From NCBI GenBank assembly GCA_021817225.1, contig JAKAVR010000003.1, forward strand, positions 20,016 through 84,015: a stretch of DNA of 64,000 bases, in the 5' to 3' direction. Below, piece by piece: positions 45,846 through 60,733 of the stretch (its first letter is position 1; the number at the start of each line of letters is the position of its first letter). The notes under the pieces are model-generated. The model had not been told where the DNA came from. It saw nothing but the letters and a program-made list of their open reading frames with translations, and made no database searches. The DNA is from Thermoplasmata archaeon. Its GTDB lineage: Archaea; Thermoplasmatota; Thermoplasmata; Sysuiplasmatales; Sysuiplasmataceae. A program made the translations under genes and the position numbers.

Positions 45846-47801
45846 GTGAGACTCATGAATTCTGAACAGGGCAGGCAGCAAGGCGGTGCGCAATCCGCCT
45901 TTCCGTATGTGGCCCGGAAGAGCCAGATACGCATAATGAAGTCCGTTTTCGATGCAATCACCGCAAGGAGGCACATCGTTTTCGAAAGTCCGACAGGCAG
46001 CGGCAAGACAGCGAGCGTGCTTTCGTCGCTTGTCGAATGCAGGGGAGGGAGGAAGATACTTTACCTGACAAGAACGAACTCGCAGCAGAAGCAGGTGATG
46101 AAGGAGCTCAGGAAGATATCCGCGCGAATGCATGTTTTCGGCGTGGCAATCCAGGGAAGGAACAACAGCTGCCTCCTCGCGGAGGAGGACACGGAGATGA
46201 AGGCAGGCACGCCCGAGGAACTCTCCTCGTACTGCTCCTACCTGAAGGAGAGGACAAAATCGGAGAACGAAGGCTGCCGTTACTACTACGGGTTGGTGAA
46301 TGCCGACAGGGTGGAGCTAACCAACTGGATGAAGAGAACGATGCCCGATTCTGAGGAGCTGGTGAGGGAATGCACAGGCATGCGCATCTGCCCGTATGAG
46401 CTGTCGAAGTCCCTCCTTTCCGATGCCGATGTTGTCACCGCCCCGTACATCTACTTCTTCGATCCGTTTATAAGGCGAAGGCTCCTGGAATGGATGGCGA
46501 CACCGCTGGAAAAGCTGATTGTTGTCCTGGATGAGGCTCACAACCTGCCGGACTACCTCAGGGAGATAGAGAGCGTCAGGTTCAGCATCAGGGCCGCGGG
46601 CGGCATGAGGAAGGAGGCCGAGGACTACGGCGATCCGGAAGTTTCTCCAGGCACAAGCATACGGGACCTGTCCGAGACGGTGGAATCAATAATAAAGGCA
46701 ATGGCGAAGGACTTCGTTCTCGACGAAGACGGACTCGTTCCAGAGATGGAATTTGAGACTTCACTGATGGAGGAAATGGGCGTCAACTCCAGGAGCTTCG
46801 CAAACATGATCGCGGTGCTCACCTCCCAGGGGGAATTTGTGCGCGACATGAAGCTCAAGAGCGGGAAGCTGCCGCGTTCCTACATACGTTCATTCGGCGA
46901 CTTCATGAGGTTCTGGATGGAAGCGGAACCGCAGCATTATGTCAAGCTTGTCAACGGCGGTGAAAATCCCTCGCTGGAGGTCTACTGCATGGATCCGTCC
47001 ATAGCAGCATCCCCGCTGCTCGATGCCTATGCAAGCATACACATGTCCGGCACGATGGGAAACCTTTCGGACTACTGCAGATTGCTGAACTTGCCGGAGG
47101 ATACGATGGCCGTTTCAATCCCCTCCGACTTCCCTCCGCAGAACAGGAAGGTGATATACGTGGATGATGTGACAACAAGATATGAAGTCATATCCCGCGA
47201 CGCGGGCATGATCGGGTCCATAGCTGAAAGGGTGGTGGACGTGTGCCGCGCGGCGATGCGCAGCACAATAGTCTTCCTTCCCTCCTACAACGTGCTGGAC
47301 TCGCTTCTGTCGCTTGGCATAGAGGGCAGGCTTGGCACGCCCGTGCTTGTCGAAAGGAGGGACATGGGCCAGGCGGCGCTTATGGACTGCGTCGAAAAAT
47401 TCAAGTCGAACAGGGGTTCGGTATTCCTGTCGGTAATAGGCGGAAGGATCAGCGAGGGGCTTGATTTCCCCGACGAGACGCTGGAAATGGTCGTCATTGT
47501 GGGCATACCTTACCCAAGGCCAACGGCGAAGCAGAGGGCGCTGGTGAACTACTACGACATACTCTACAAAAAGGGCTGGGACTATGCTGTCAGGGACCCT
47601 GCTGTGAGGAGGCTGCTCCAGGCATCCGGGAGAATGATAAGGAGCGAGACCGACAGGGGAATAGCCGTTATCCTTGACAAGAGACTGGCCAATTTCAGGG
47701 AGATCGATGCGGAAGCCGTCAGGGACGCGCCTGCGGCTGTCTCCGCCTTCTTTTCAATGCAGCCAGCAAGGGAGACCGCTGAAGATAGGGTTAATAAATG
47801 A
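45846..47801 (+). CDS. xpd: XPD/Rad3-family 5'-3' DNA helicase (FeS cluster helicase)
   Basis: Walker A ESPTGSGKT. DEAH box VLDEAHNL. Four-Cys FeS region (NNSCLL..SYCSYL..GCRYY..ICPYE). C-terminal QASGRMIRSETDRG. Confidence 0.85.
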   Translation: MRLMNSEQGRQQGGAQSAFPYVARKSQIRIMKSVFDAITARRHIVFESPTGSGKTASVLSSLVECRGGRKILYLTRTNSQQKQVMKELRKISARMHVFGVAIQGRNNSCLLAEEDTEMKAGTPEELSSYCSYLKERTKSENEGCRYYYGLVNADRVELTNWMKRTMPDSEELVRECTGMRICPYELSKSLLSDADVVTAPYIYFFDPFIRRRLLEWMATPLEKLIVVLDEAHNLPDYLREIESVRFSIRAAGGMRKEAEDYGDPEVSPGTSIRDLSETVESIIKAMAKDFVLDEDGLVPEMEFETSLMEEMGVNSRSFANMIAVLTSQGEFVRDMKLKSGKLPRSYIRSFGDFMRFWMEAEPQHYVKLVNGGENPSLEVYCMDPSIAASPLLDAYASIHMSGTMGNLSDYCRLLNLPEDTMAVSIPSDFPPQNRKVIYVDDVTTRYEVISRDAGMIGSIAERVVDVCRAAMRSTIVFLPSYNVLDSLLSLGIEGRLGTPVLVERRDMGQAALMDCVEKFKSNRGSVFLSVIGGRISEGLDFPDETLEMVVIVGIPYPRPTAKQRALVNYYDILYKKGWDYAVRDPAVRRLLQASGRMIRSETDRGIAVILDKRLANFREIDAEAVRDAPAAVSAFFSMQPARETAEDRVNK

Positions 47802-47812
47802 CCTGCGGATGA

Positions 47813-48382
47813 ATGCTCATGTCCCTCCTCTGGTCGGTCATCGACGCGCTCTGGTTTTTCCTGCCGGCGATGCTTCCGAACACAGCGGCTGCAATATTCG
47901 GCGGCGGAACACCGCTAGATTTCGGCAGGAGGTGGCGCGGCGGAAGAATCCTGGGGGACGGGAAGACATGGAAGGGACTGTTCGTGGGGATAGCCTCAGG
48001 CGTGCTGCTCGGCTATCTCGAGAGCCTGATAGCTCAGCCCGTGGGCATGCCACTTGCGGGTGTTTTCCGCCTTTCTACGGCGGAGCTGCCGACACTGCTT
48101 GCCCTTTCATCGGGGTCAATGCTGGGTGACATAGCAGGCGCGTTCGTGAAGAGAAGGAGGGGACTGGAAAGGGGGGCAAGCGTGCCACTGCTTGACCAGT
48201 ACGATTTTGCGGCTGGTGCACTTGTCCTCTCCCTGGCAGTCTCCCCCGCAAACACCTCCCACTTCCTCCTGTCCGGCAACGCGCTGATCGGCTTCGCTGT
48301 CGTCCTGCTTGTAATATACCCGCTGCACAGATTAATCAACTACATAGGATACAGGAAGGGGCTCAAAAGCGTACCGTGGTGA
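47813..48382 (+). CDS. carS: CDP-archaeol synthase (CarS, DUF46)
   Basis: LPAMLPNTAAAIFGGGTPLDFGRRWRGGRILGDGKTWKGLFVG and GDIAGAFVKRRRGLERGASVPLLDQYDF match the CarS pattern. Confidence 0.75.
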   Translation: MLMSLLWSVIDALWFFLPAMLPNTAAAIFGGGTPLDFGRRWRGGRILGDGKTWKGLFVGIASGVLLGYLESLIAQPVGMPLAGVFRLSTAELPTLLALSSGSMLGDIAGAFVKRRRGLERGASVPLLDQYDFAAGALVLSLAVSPANTSHFLLSGNALIGFAVVLLVIYPLHRLINYIGYRKGLKSVPW

Positions 48383-48386
48383 TATA

Positions 48387-48926
48387 ATGGAACTTGGTGA
48401 AATTCTGAAGGAAAAAGGGGCGCTCATGTTCGGCGACTTCACGCTTACATCTGGAAAGAAAAGCAGCTACTATGTGAACATAAAGAAGGCGTACACGGAC
48501 CCTTCCGTTCTGAGGAGCATAGGCGAGGCGATGGCGAAGCATGTGCGAGGGAGCAGGGTCGCCGGTGTCGCGCTTGGGGCAATACCCATCGTGGTGGCGG
48601 TTTCGCTCATAACCGGGAAAAACTTCTCGATGCTCAGGAAAGAGGAAAGGCAGCACGGGACGGCAGCAAGGATTGAGGGTGAGATTGGCAAGGGTGAGGT
48701 GGTCGACATACTTGAGGATGTGACCACTACGGGCGGCAGCGTTGTCGCCGCGATTCACGCAGTCAGGGAGGCGGGCGGAAGGGTGGAGAGGGTGATTGTG
48801 GTGGTTGACAGGGGAGAGGGTGCGGCCGAAGCGCTTGAAAATGAGGGAGTGCAGCTTCTGCCCATGGTCACCGCGTCCGATCTTGGCGAGATGCTTACAA
48901 AGTCGGGGCGGGGCAAAAAAAGCTAG
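48387..48926 (+). CDS. pyrE: Orotate phosphoribosyltransferase
   Basis: GALMFGDFTLTSGKKSSYYVN and the PRPP loop VVDILEDVTTTGGS. Confidence 0.85.
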   Translation: MELGEILKEKGALMFGDFTLTSGKKSSYYVNIKKAYTDPSVLRSIGEAMAKHVRGSRVAGVALGAIPIVVAVSLITGKNFSMLRKEERQHGTAARIEGEIGKGEVVDILEDVTTTGGSVVAAIHAVREAGGRVERVIVVVDRGEGAAEALENEGVQLLPMVTASDLGEMLTKSGRGKKS

Positions 48927-48990
48927 ATCCGGGAGCCACGGATTTCCTGTTTCCGGGGCCTGAAAAGGCTGTAGTAGATAGCGAATACTA

Positions 48991-48998
48991 TTTATATA
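48991..48998 (+). promoter_or_regulatory. Archaeal TATA box (TTTATATA) for the rpoH-rpoB-rpoA operon
   Basis: Canonical TTTATATA lies 36 nt upstream of the rpoH ATG, with a GAGGTG Shine-Dalgarno-like motif just before the ATG. Confidence 0.5.
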
Positions 48999-49033
48999 GA
49001 TTATGTTTTGGATGCCTTCGGACGAGGTGTGAG

Positions 49034-49294
49034 ATGCCTGCTTTTAATATTTTAAATCATGAAATGGTCCCTGAACACAGACTCGTCAGCAATTCGGAAG
49101 CTGAGAGGATTCTTAAGAAATTTGGCATTACGAAGGAGCAGCTTCCAAAGATAAAGCTGACAGACCCGGCAATCAAGGTTCTGGAGGCGACGCTGAAGGA
49201 AAAAGAGGGGATCCGGGAAGGCATGATTGTCGAGATTACAAGGAACAGCAAGACATCGGAGAAGTTCACAGCTTACAGGCTGATCACAAGATAG
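49034..49294 (+). CDS. rpoH: DNA-directed RNA polymerase subunit H (Rpo5)
   Basis: NHEMVPEHRLVS...QLPKIKLTDPA...EGMIVEITRNS...YRLI. Confidence 0.85.
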   Translation: MPAFNILNHEMVPEHRLVSNSEAERILKKFGITKEQLPKIKLTDPAIKVLEATLKEKEGIREGMIVEITRNSKTSEKFTAYRLITR

Positions 49295-49327
49295 ACGATG
49301 TCGGTACGCCCCAGAATGGTGATTTGA

Positions 49328-52300
49328 TTGAAAGAATTAGTAGTGTCTTATTTCAAAGAGAGAAGCATTGTTAACCACCACATAGCATCGTTCAACGATT
49401 TCCTGAGTTCGTTCAACAACGCGAACAGCAGGATGCAGAGGATCGTTGACAATGCACGTATAAGCCCGGAAGACGTGGACCGTGGCGTCATACACCTTGA
49501 CCCCGAGAAGACCGACGGCAAGATCATAGAAATCAGGATGGGCAGGAAGAGGGACGAGAAGACGGGTCTCGTCGATCCGCTGGCCCGCCCGACAATCGAG
49601 GTCGGCAGGCCCGTGGTCAAGGAGGCGAACGGCGCGAGCCACACGCTTCTGCCCATGGAGGCCAGGCTCAGGAACCTGAACTACATGGCACCGATAAAGC
49701 TCCATTTCACAGTAATTGAAGACGGTATCGAGAGGGAAGCGGAGCCCGTGCATATAGGCGATCTGCCCATCATGGTGAAAAGCAGGGCATGCAACCTCAC
49801 AAAGGAGAACATAACAGACGAGGCAAGCGACAGGGAGCTGACCGAGCAGGAGTATATAGCGAAACTCCAGGCGGAAGGCGAAGACCCGCTCGACCCCGGG
49901 GGCTATTTCATAATAGGAGGAACCGAGAGGGTGCTGATCACGCTTGAGGATCTCGCGCCGAACAGGGTTCTGGTCGAATACAACGAACGTTACGGGACAA
50001 AAATACAGGTCGGCAAGGTGTTCTCGCAGAGGGAAGGGTACAGGGCGCTGACCGTTGTGGAGAAGAAAAAGGACGGCATACTCATGGTGACAGTCCCGGC
50101 CGCGTCCGGGCAGATTCCGCTCATCGTTCTCATGAAGGCGCTCGGGATGGAGAACGACAACGAAATATACGAGGCGATCTCGGGCGACCCGCGGATGGAA
50201 AACATAATTTTCGCCAATATAGAGGATTGCCAGGACAAGAAGAACTACCCTCCGAATGGCATTTTCACAAGGGATGATGCGCTGAGCTACCTCGAGAAGA
50301 AATTCGCGACGGGGCAGGCAAAGGAGTTCAGGGTGAAGAAGATCGAATCCATCATAGACAGGTCGCTCCTTCCGCACCTTGGCGATGCACAGGAGGACAG
50401 GCTCAAGAAGGCCGTGTTCCTCGGAAGGGTCGCCAGGAACGTGCTTGAGCTTTCACTTGGAATGAAGAGGGAGGACGACAAGGACCACTACTCGAACAAG
50501 AGGCTCAAACTCGCAGGGGACCTGATGGAGGACCTCTTCAGGGTGGCATTCACCAATCTTATCAAGGATCTAAAGTACCAGCTTGAGAGAAGCGTCCAAA
50601 GGAAGAAGGACATCAAGATACAGAGCGCCATAAGGCCGGACCTGCTGACGCACAGGCTGCTTCACGCCCTTGCCACAGGCAACTGGGTCGGCGGAAGGGC
50701 TGGCGTCAGCCAGCTGCTTGACAGGACTTCCAACATGAGCACAGTCAGCCACCTGAGGAGAATCACGAGTCCTCTCACAAGATCCCAGCCACATTTCGAG
50801 GCAAGGGATTTGCACCCCACCCAGTGGGGAAGGCTGTGCCCGAATGAGACACCCGAAGGGCAAAACTGTGGCCTGGTGAAGAACGCCGCGCTCATAGTTG
50901 ATGTGTCGGAGGGCATACCGGAGAGCGAAGTAATCGCGCAGCTCAGGGACATGGGCGTCAGGGAGGCAAAACCGTCTGAGATGGTTCAGCAGACGAGGGT
51001 GTATGTCAACGGCGACCTCATAGGCGTTGCCAGGGAAGGTGAAAAGCTTGCCTCGGAGCTGAGGGAGAGGAGGCGCGCGGGGAAGATCTACGGACAGCGT
51101 TCCCACGAAGTGAATGTCCACTACGACAGAATCACAAATGACGTGTACATCAACTGCGATGAGGGCAGGCTCAGGAGGGCCCTCATGGTGCTCAAAAACG
51201 GAAACACGACACTCACCGCAAAGCTTCTTGAGGAGGCGAGCGAGGGAAAGAGGACATGGAGCGAGCTTATCAGAGGCGGTGCAATTGAATGGATTGACGC
51301 AGAGGAGGAGGAGGACGGGTACATAGCTGTGACGCCATACCAACTGCCGCATGCCTGCCCCAACTGCGCATTCATCCTTTCGGTCGGAGGGGTGAAATGG
51401 CTGAACATGGGAAGCGGGGAGCAGAGCGCAACGCTGGAATGCAATTCATGCCACAAGCCATTCTCCACGCCCCTTGCAACCACTAAAGAGCATACGCACG
51501 TCGAGATAGACCCCATGGTCGTGCTTGGCGTTTGCGCCGGGCTTGTCCCGTACCCTGAACACAATGCTTCTCCCAGGGTGACAATGGGCGCAGGAATGGC
51601 AAAGCAGTCGCTCGGCCTTGGCGCCTCCAACTACAGGCTCAGGCCGGACACAAGGAGCCACCTTCTCCACTATCCGGAGAAGCCGCTTGTCCAGACAACC
51701 CAGATGCAGTTCACGAATTTCAATGAAAGGCCAGCCGGCCAGAATTTTGTCGTTGCGATTGTCTCCCACTACGGATACAACATGCAGGATGCAATTGTGA
51801 TGAACAAGGGTTCGATCGAGAGGGGACTTGGCCGTTCTTCGTTCCTGAGAAGCTACAGGGCGGAGGAGCGCAGGTATCCTGGCGGCCAGGAGGACCACTT
51901 CGAAATACCCAGCCCTGACGTAAGGGGTGCGAGGGCGGACGTTGCATACAGCAACCTTGGGGACGACGGACTCATATCTCCTGAAACGCTTGTAAACGGC
52001 GGCGACGTGCTCATTGGAAAGACATCACCGCCCAGGTTCCTGGAAGAGGAGACTGATTTCCTCACGCCGCAGAAGAGAAGGGAAACATCCATAACAGTGA
52101 GGGCTGGAGAGTCGGGCTTTGTGGACAGCGTCATTCTCACCGAGTCTGAAAACGGTTCCAGGCTTGTCAGGGTGAAGGTGAGGGATGAAAGGATACCCGA
52201 GCTTGGGGACAAATTCGCATCCAGGCACGGGCAGAAGGGAGTCGTTGGGCTTATAGCGCAGCAGGAATCAATGCCTTTCACATGCGACGGGCTTGTGCCA

Positions 52301-52941
52301 GACCTGATAATCAACCCGCACGGCATTCCATCGAGGATGACTGTTGCGCATGTGCTTGAGATGATTGGAGGCAAGGTTGGCTCGCTTTCGGGAAGGTTCG
52401 TAGACGGCACCGCCTTCCAGGGGGAAAAGGAGGAGGCGCTGAGGGAGGAGCTCGAATCTCTCGGTTTCAGGAACAATGGCAGGGAAGTGATGTATGACGG
52501 CATCACAGGCAGGATGATCCAGACGGAGATCTTCGTCGGCGTCATTTACTACCAGAAACTGCACCACATGGTTTCGGGGAAGCTGCATGTCAGGAGCCGC
52601 GGTCCCATACAGATACTCACCAGGCAGCCGACAGAGGGCAGGTCCAGGCAGGGCGGACTCAGGTTCGGTGAAATGGAAAGGGATACGCTCATAGCACACG
52701 GTGCAGCGATGGTTATCAAGGACAGGCTGCTCGACGAGTCGGACGGCACGTACCAGTATGTGTGCGGCAACCCCGACTGCGGCCACATTGCATACGTTGA
52801 CAGGAGGGGCGTGGTCAGGTGCCCCGCATGCGACAACACGACAAACATACACCTGATACAGACAAGCTACGCATTCCTGCTGCTGCTCTACGAGCTTATG
52901 TCGCTTGGCGTTGTAATGCGTCTCCAGCTGGAGGATTTGAG

Positions 52942-52945
<4 letters not shown>
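49328..52945 (+). CDS. rpoB: DNA-directed RNA polymerase subunit B (Rpo2), unsplit
   Basis: 1205 aa. [59 protein letters not shown], and a C-terminal zinc ribbon CGNPDCGH...CPACDN. Confidence 0.95.
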
Positions 52946-57376
<4,431 letters not shown>

Positions 57377-57382
57377 TTTGTT

Positions 57383-57808
57383 GTGCAGAAATTGAAATTC
57401 ACTTCCGACACGCTGCGTTATATCTCAATGTTCGAGTCGGTGACACACTGCCAGGTCAAGGACTGCATGGACACGCCTGACAAGCTTGTTTTTGTCGTAA
57501 TGCCGGGCCAGGCCCAGAGGGCGGTCGGCGGCAAGGGAGTGAATGCAATAAAGATGAAGGAGCTGACGGGCAAGGACATACAGATCATCGAGTTCTCGGA
57601 CGAACCGATACAGTTTGTGAAGAATGTCTTCCACAACTACGGTGTCCAGAACGTGGTCATTGAGGAAAGGGGAAATATCGTTCACGCGACGGTGACGGTC
57701 GACCCGACGGTGAAGGGAAGGGCGATTGGCAAGGAAGGAAGAAACCTCAGGATCGCAAGGGACATAGTCAACAGGCACCACAACATACAGAGCATCAGCG
57801 TTGCGTGA
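57383..57808 (+). CDS. nusA: Archaeal NusA-like transcription termination/elongation factor (two KH domains)
   Basis: Two KH GxxG motifs (VGGKGVNAIK and IGKEGRNLRIAR), 141 aa, conserved operon position. Confidence 0.85.
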   Translation: MQKLKFTSDTLRYISMFESVTHCQVKDCMDTPDKLVFVVMPGQAQRAVGGKGVNAIKMKELTGKDIQIIEFSDEPIQFVKNVFHNYGVQNVVIEERGNIVHATVTVDPTVKGRAIGKEGRNLRIARDIVNRHHNIQSISVA

Positions 57809-58910
57809 CAGCCCTGCGCTCCACCTCTGTCCTCTCCGATGTTGGATACTCCTCCACAACATAGCACATCTCTTCCAGCTCTGGCGCTATCTCCTCCGCT
57901 ATCCACGGGGCAATCTCCACCCTTTTCCTTGCTCTGTCGGCCCTGATGTACTTGGGCGGTATCTGGAACCTCTCGGCAAGCGCCGAGGAAAGCGCGACAG
58001 GGTCCGGCGTTTCGACCACGCCCTTCAGCAGCGTGCCGTCGTCTGTAACAACCTCCCCCGACCAGCGCACAACGGAGGCAATCCTCCTGATGCGTTCCCT
58101 GAGCTGGACCGAGTCCTTGAACCTTGACGGGCAGTAGTGGACAGGCATGCCGAGGTCCATGCCGGTGACTGCCCTTGCAACATCGTCGCTGCCGGAAACA
58201 GCGTTCGAATAGTCGTTTGCAGTGACGAACCCCCTTGCCCTCAGCTCAGCCGCATTTGTCTCGGACATCTCAAGCTCGTTGAGATTGACAAACTGCGCTC
58301 CTGCTTCTGCAGCCGATCTTATCAGAGCGGCGAGCTCGTCCATCATACCGGGAAGGGCTGGCACCTCCAGCCCGGCCCTCATGCCCAGCCTCCTGGACTC
58401 CACAACCATCTTCTCGAACGCCGTTCCACCGAACCTGGACCAGATGCTCTCCGGCGGATGCACCCTTATCTCATCCAGTCCTGCCTCTGCAACCGTGCGC
58501 AGGCCCGGTATGTTCGGCCTTCCTGTGTAGAGGTGTATGTGATGACTGCTGCCAAGAGAATCCTTCAGCAGCCTGATGTATCTTGCAGTCCGTTCAGGCA
58601 CAATCAGGGGGTCGCCGCCCGTTATGCCCGTTCCGAGCGCCTTCATGCTTGCCGCCTCGTCGAGTATGTCCTGGTCGCATGTCACCAGGCGTTCGTTGGC
58701 ATATACGACGTCCCTGTTGTTCCGCCTGAACGACACGGGGCAGTAGAAGCAGCCCATGTCGCAGACACCGGTCACGAAAAGGACCATTTTTGCGCCCCTG
58801 ATGCACTGAGTGCATCCCCTTGCAAGGGAGCCGGAATAGAGGCCGTCGCCTGCGGTGGACCTGGTGGGCACACCGGCGGGCATCTCCAGGACTTTGAGTT
58901 CGGAGCGCAT
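57795..58910 (-). CDS. Radical SAM domain protein
   Basis: CX3CX2C cluster motif in VTGVCDMGCFYCPV. 371 aa. Its 3' end converges on and overlaps nusA by 14 nt. Confidence 0.8.
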   Translation of the reverse strand: MRSELKVLEMPAGVPTRSTAGDGLYSGSLARGCTQCIRGAKMVLFVTGVCDMGCFYCPVSFRRNNRDVVYANERLVTCDQDILDEAASMKALGTGITGGDPLIVPERTARYIRLLKDSLGSSHHIHLYTGRPNIPGLRTVAEAGLDEIRVHPPESIWSRFGGTAFEKMVVESRRLGMRAGLEVPALPGMMDELAALIRSAAEAGAQFVNLNELEMSETNAAELRARGFVTANDYSNAVSGSDDVARAVTGMDLGMPVHYCPSRFKDSVQLRERIRRIASVVRWSGEVVTDDGTLLKGVVETPDPVALSSALAERFQIPPKYIRADRARKRVEIAPWIAEEIAPELEEMCYVVEEYPTSERTEVERRAVTQR

Positions 58911-58935
58911 ACAGGTCAGCAGACAGCTCAGATCA

Positions 58936-58949
58936 GTTATGTACTTTAC
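58936..58949. repeat. Left copy of the 14-bp target-site duplication GTTATGTACTTTAC
   Basis: An identical 14-mer occurs in direct orientation at 63479-63492, immediately outside both TIRs. Confidence 0.9.
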
Positions 58950-59023
58950 GTGTTTAGAAGGTGCGTTAATGGAGGTTGAAATCTACCACGCTACAATTTC
59001 ACATATCATTTCATGCGGTGGTG
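58950..59023. repeat. Left terminal inverted repeat (74 bp)
   Basis: GTGTTTAGAAGGTGCGTTAATGGAGGTTGAAATCTACCACGCTACAATTTCACATATCATTTCATGCGGTGGTG is the exact reverse complement of 63405-63478 (checked base by base). Confidence 0.95.
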
Positions 59024-59940
59024 ATTTTGAAGGATGAACCGTTTATAAGCGATTTTGCCAGTGATTTCACTTGGTCATTTAAAATATAGTCAAGTCGGCG
59101 ACCGTTTGGAGGGTTTTGTATTCTGTCAAAAATATGTGTAACAAGTGCTTTAGCAGTAGCATCTTTCAACCGTACAATTAAATCAGGTGGATATAAATAA
59201 TGTGATGAATTATTATAATTTTTGAGAAATTCAAGTGCGAACATATCAATTTGTGGTCGTATCAATTCTTGAATATCGTAGGTCAGTGGTTCACATAATG
59301 TAGGTCTGTTTTTATGCCAGAAACCGATAGTGGTATCAAGTCCAGCCCTGATAATTGCTTTTCTTGATAGCGACTCACCGATAGATTGCGCATAGTTAAT
59401 TACAGCATTCACGGGGTTCGTTGCTCTGTAATCTCTTTGATTGAATGATGCCCGCATTGACCATTTGGCTTGAGGATAAATTAGATTGATGTACGATTTC
59501 AGTCTTTGCCAATAATATCTTGCCTGTAAATCTTCATCAAGCAATTTTAAATCGATTAAATCAAGACCAAAATGATCAAGTGTTTGATTCATTTTCTGTA
59601 AATGGTAGTGCATGATTGTATTGGTAATCTGTTTTGTTTTGGTTTTGTTTAGTTTTGCTTTATATTGAGCTATTCGAATGGTTGCCGAATAGTGAAGATT
59701 AGCAGATAGAAATTGAGATATGAGTTTACCTGTCCAGTCGTAATGGTAGATGTTAATGCCAAGTCGTTGTAATGTTTTGAGTGCTGGTATGCTGATGTAT
59801 CCTTTTGTGTTGCCAATAATAATCGTATCGACATCATTATTATCGGGGTCAATTGGTTCATCATTCACAAACAGCCCGTTTTTGTCCTTTCTGATTGCTG
59901 TTACACCACCTTCAAGATATATCGTCCGCATGAGGTCCAA
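59011..59940 (-). CDS. cas1: Cas1-family integrase (casposase)
   Basis: ATNPVNAVINYAQSIGESLSRKAIIRAGLDTTIGFWHKNRPTLCEPLTYDIQELIRPQID matches the Cas1 catalytic core (N..NA.LNY..., G.lH, L.yDl.E..RP.vD). The N-terminal beta domain has IIIGNTKGYISIPALKTLQRLGINIYHYDWTGK. The stop codon lies inside the left TIR. Confidence 0.85.
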   Translation of the reverse strand: MDLMRTIYLEGGVTAIRKDKNGLFVNDEPIDPDNNDVDTIIIGNTKGYISIPALKTLQRLGINIYHYDWTGKLISQFLSANLHYSATIRIAQYKAKLNKTKTKQITNTIMHYHLQKMNQTLDHFGLDLIDLKLLDEDLQARYYWQRLKSYINLIYPQAKWSMRASFNQRDYRATNPVNAVINYAQSIGESLSRKAIIRAGLDTTIGFWHKNRPTLCEPLTYDIQELIRPQIDMFALEFLKNYNNSSHYLYPPDLIVRLKDATAKALVTHIFDRIQNPPNGRRLDYILNDQVKSLAKSLINGSSFKITTA

Positions 59941-60040
59941 TATGCCTTCTGCTGTAAAATAACTTTCAATTCGGGTATTTGTTTGTCCGAGGGCTCGATT
60001 AGCTTAAATCGATGGTTTTATGGGTAATTATGTTACAAAA

Positions 60041-60050
60041 TATATATATA
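60041..60050. promoter_or_regulatory. (TA)5 TATA-like element in the divergent cas1 / ORF-60075 intergenic region
   Basis: AAAATATATATATACACCCC ends 25 nt upstream of the ATG at 60075, a spacing consistent with a leaderless archaeal transcript. Confidence 0.4.
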
Positions 60051-60074
60051 CACCCCATATACCTTTATTCAATC

Positions 60075-60521
60075 ATGGCAATAAAACAGTCCGAAGCTGA
60101 AAGTGAACGAAGGGAATATGCCCTGACGAAGATTGGACGCGACAAAGAACCGGCGAAGGACGATGAAGCATACTTCGCTTGGCTGTACTATACGGGGAAT
60201 GCTAAGGTCCGTTACGAGTATATCGCTTACAGGCTGCAGCAAATGGCTTCGGGCATACCCGAAGAAGTTACGGATGATCAGGTCGCATACCTGTTCGAAT
60301 GCATTGCACGCGATGAACCTAATCCTGTCGCAAAATACGGTCATGAGCGATTCGCGGAGAATTTCAGGCGTGGGGCTGAAAAGCTGAGAACCGAAGCAAA
60401 GAATATCGCGATAGGCAAACAGGCTGAAACTGACCGTAATATCGCGAATGCAAAGGAATCACGAAGACGCAAATATGAAGAATGGAAAGCCCTGAACGCG
60501 GAATTCGGGGAGATGAAGTAA
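60075..60521 (+). CDS. Casposon ORF, hypothetical (148 aa, charged/helical C-terminus)
   Basis: MAIKQSEAESERREYALTKIGRDKEPAKDDEAYFAWLYYTGNAK... Start chosen at the ATG at 60075 downstream of the TATA element. No motif recognised. Confidence 0.55.
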   Translation: MAIKQSEAESERREYALTKIGRDKEPAKDDEAYFAWLYYTGNAKVRYEYIAYRLQQMASGIPEEVTDDQVAYLFECIARDEPNPVAKYGHERFAENFRRGAEKLRTEAKNIAIGKQAETDRNIANAKESRRRKYEEWKALNAEFGEMK

Positions 60522-60728
60522 ATGTCAAGTTGCACCTGTAAACGATGTGGTATGATAGTAGAGGACCTTCAGTTGCATGATAAAAACGGGGATTGTAATC
60601 TGGCTCGCGCCACTGCTTTAGCTCATGAACCTCCTAAGTATGTGGTTCCAGTAGCACCACCTGACAAACCTGTCTACAATCCTGTAATCAAGCCCGCATC
60701 GAATGCTGACGTACAGTCTGAAGGTTGA
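60522..60728 (+). CDS. Casposon ORF, small Cys/His protein (possible CX2CX9HX5C zinc knuckle) with Pro-rich tail
   Basis: MSSCTCKRCGMIVEDLQLHDKNGDC. Its ATG directly follows the upstream stop. Confidence 0.45.
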   Translation: MSSCTCKRCGMIVEDLQLHDKNGDCNLARATALAHEPPKYVVPVAPPDKPVYNPVIKPASNADVQSEG

Positions 60729-60733
60729 TACAA

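Noticed and set aside
52819-52941. The track ORF extends rpoA1 upstream to 52819, overlapping the end of rpoB.
   Set aside because: The extension ([32 protein letters not shown]...) is out-of-frame read-through of the rpoB C-terminus. The conserved A' N-terminus starts at [25 protein letters not shown] (ATG 52942, ATGA overlap with the rpoB stop).
58137-58979. A 280-aa + strand ORF and a 161-aa minus ORF (63449-63934) that both end in ...VFRRCVNGG.
   Set aside because: They are antisense to the radical SAM and DUF309 genes respectively. The shared C-terminus is just both frames reading into the identical TIR sequence. This served as an independent confirmation of the inverted repeat, not as genes.
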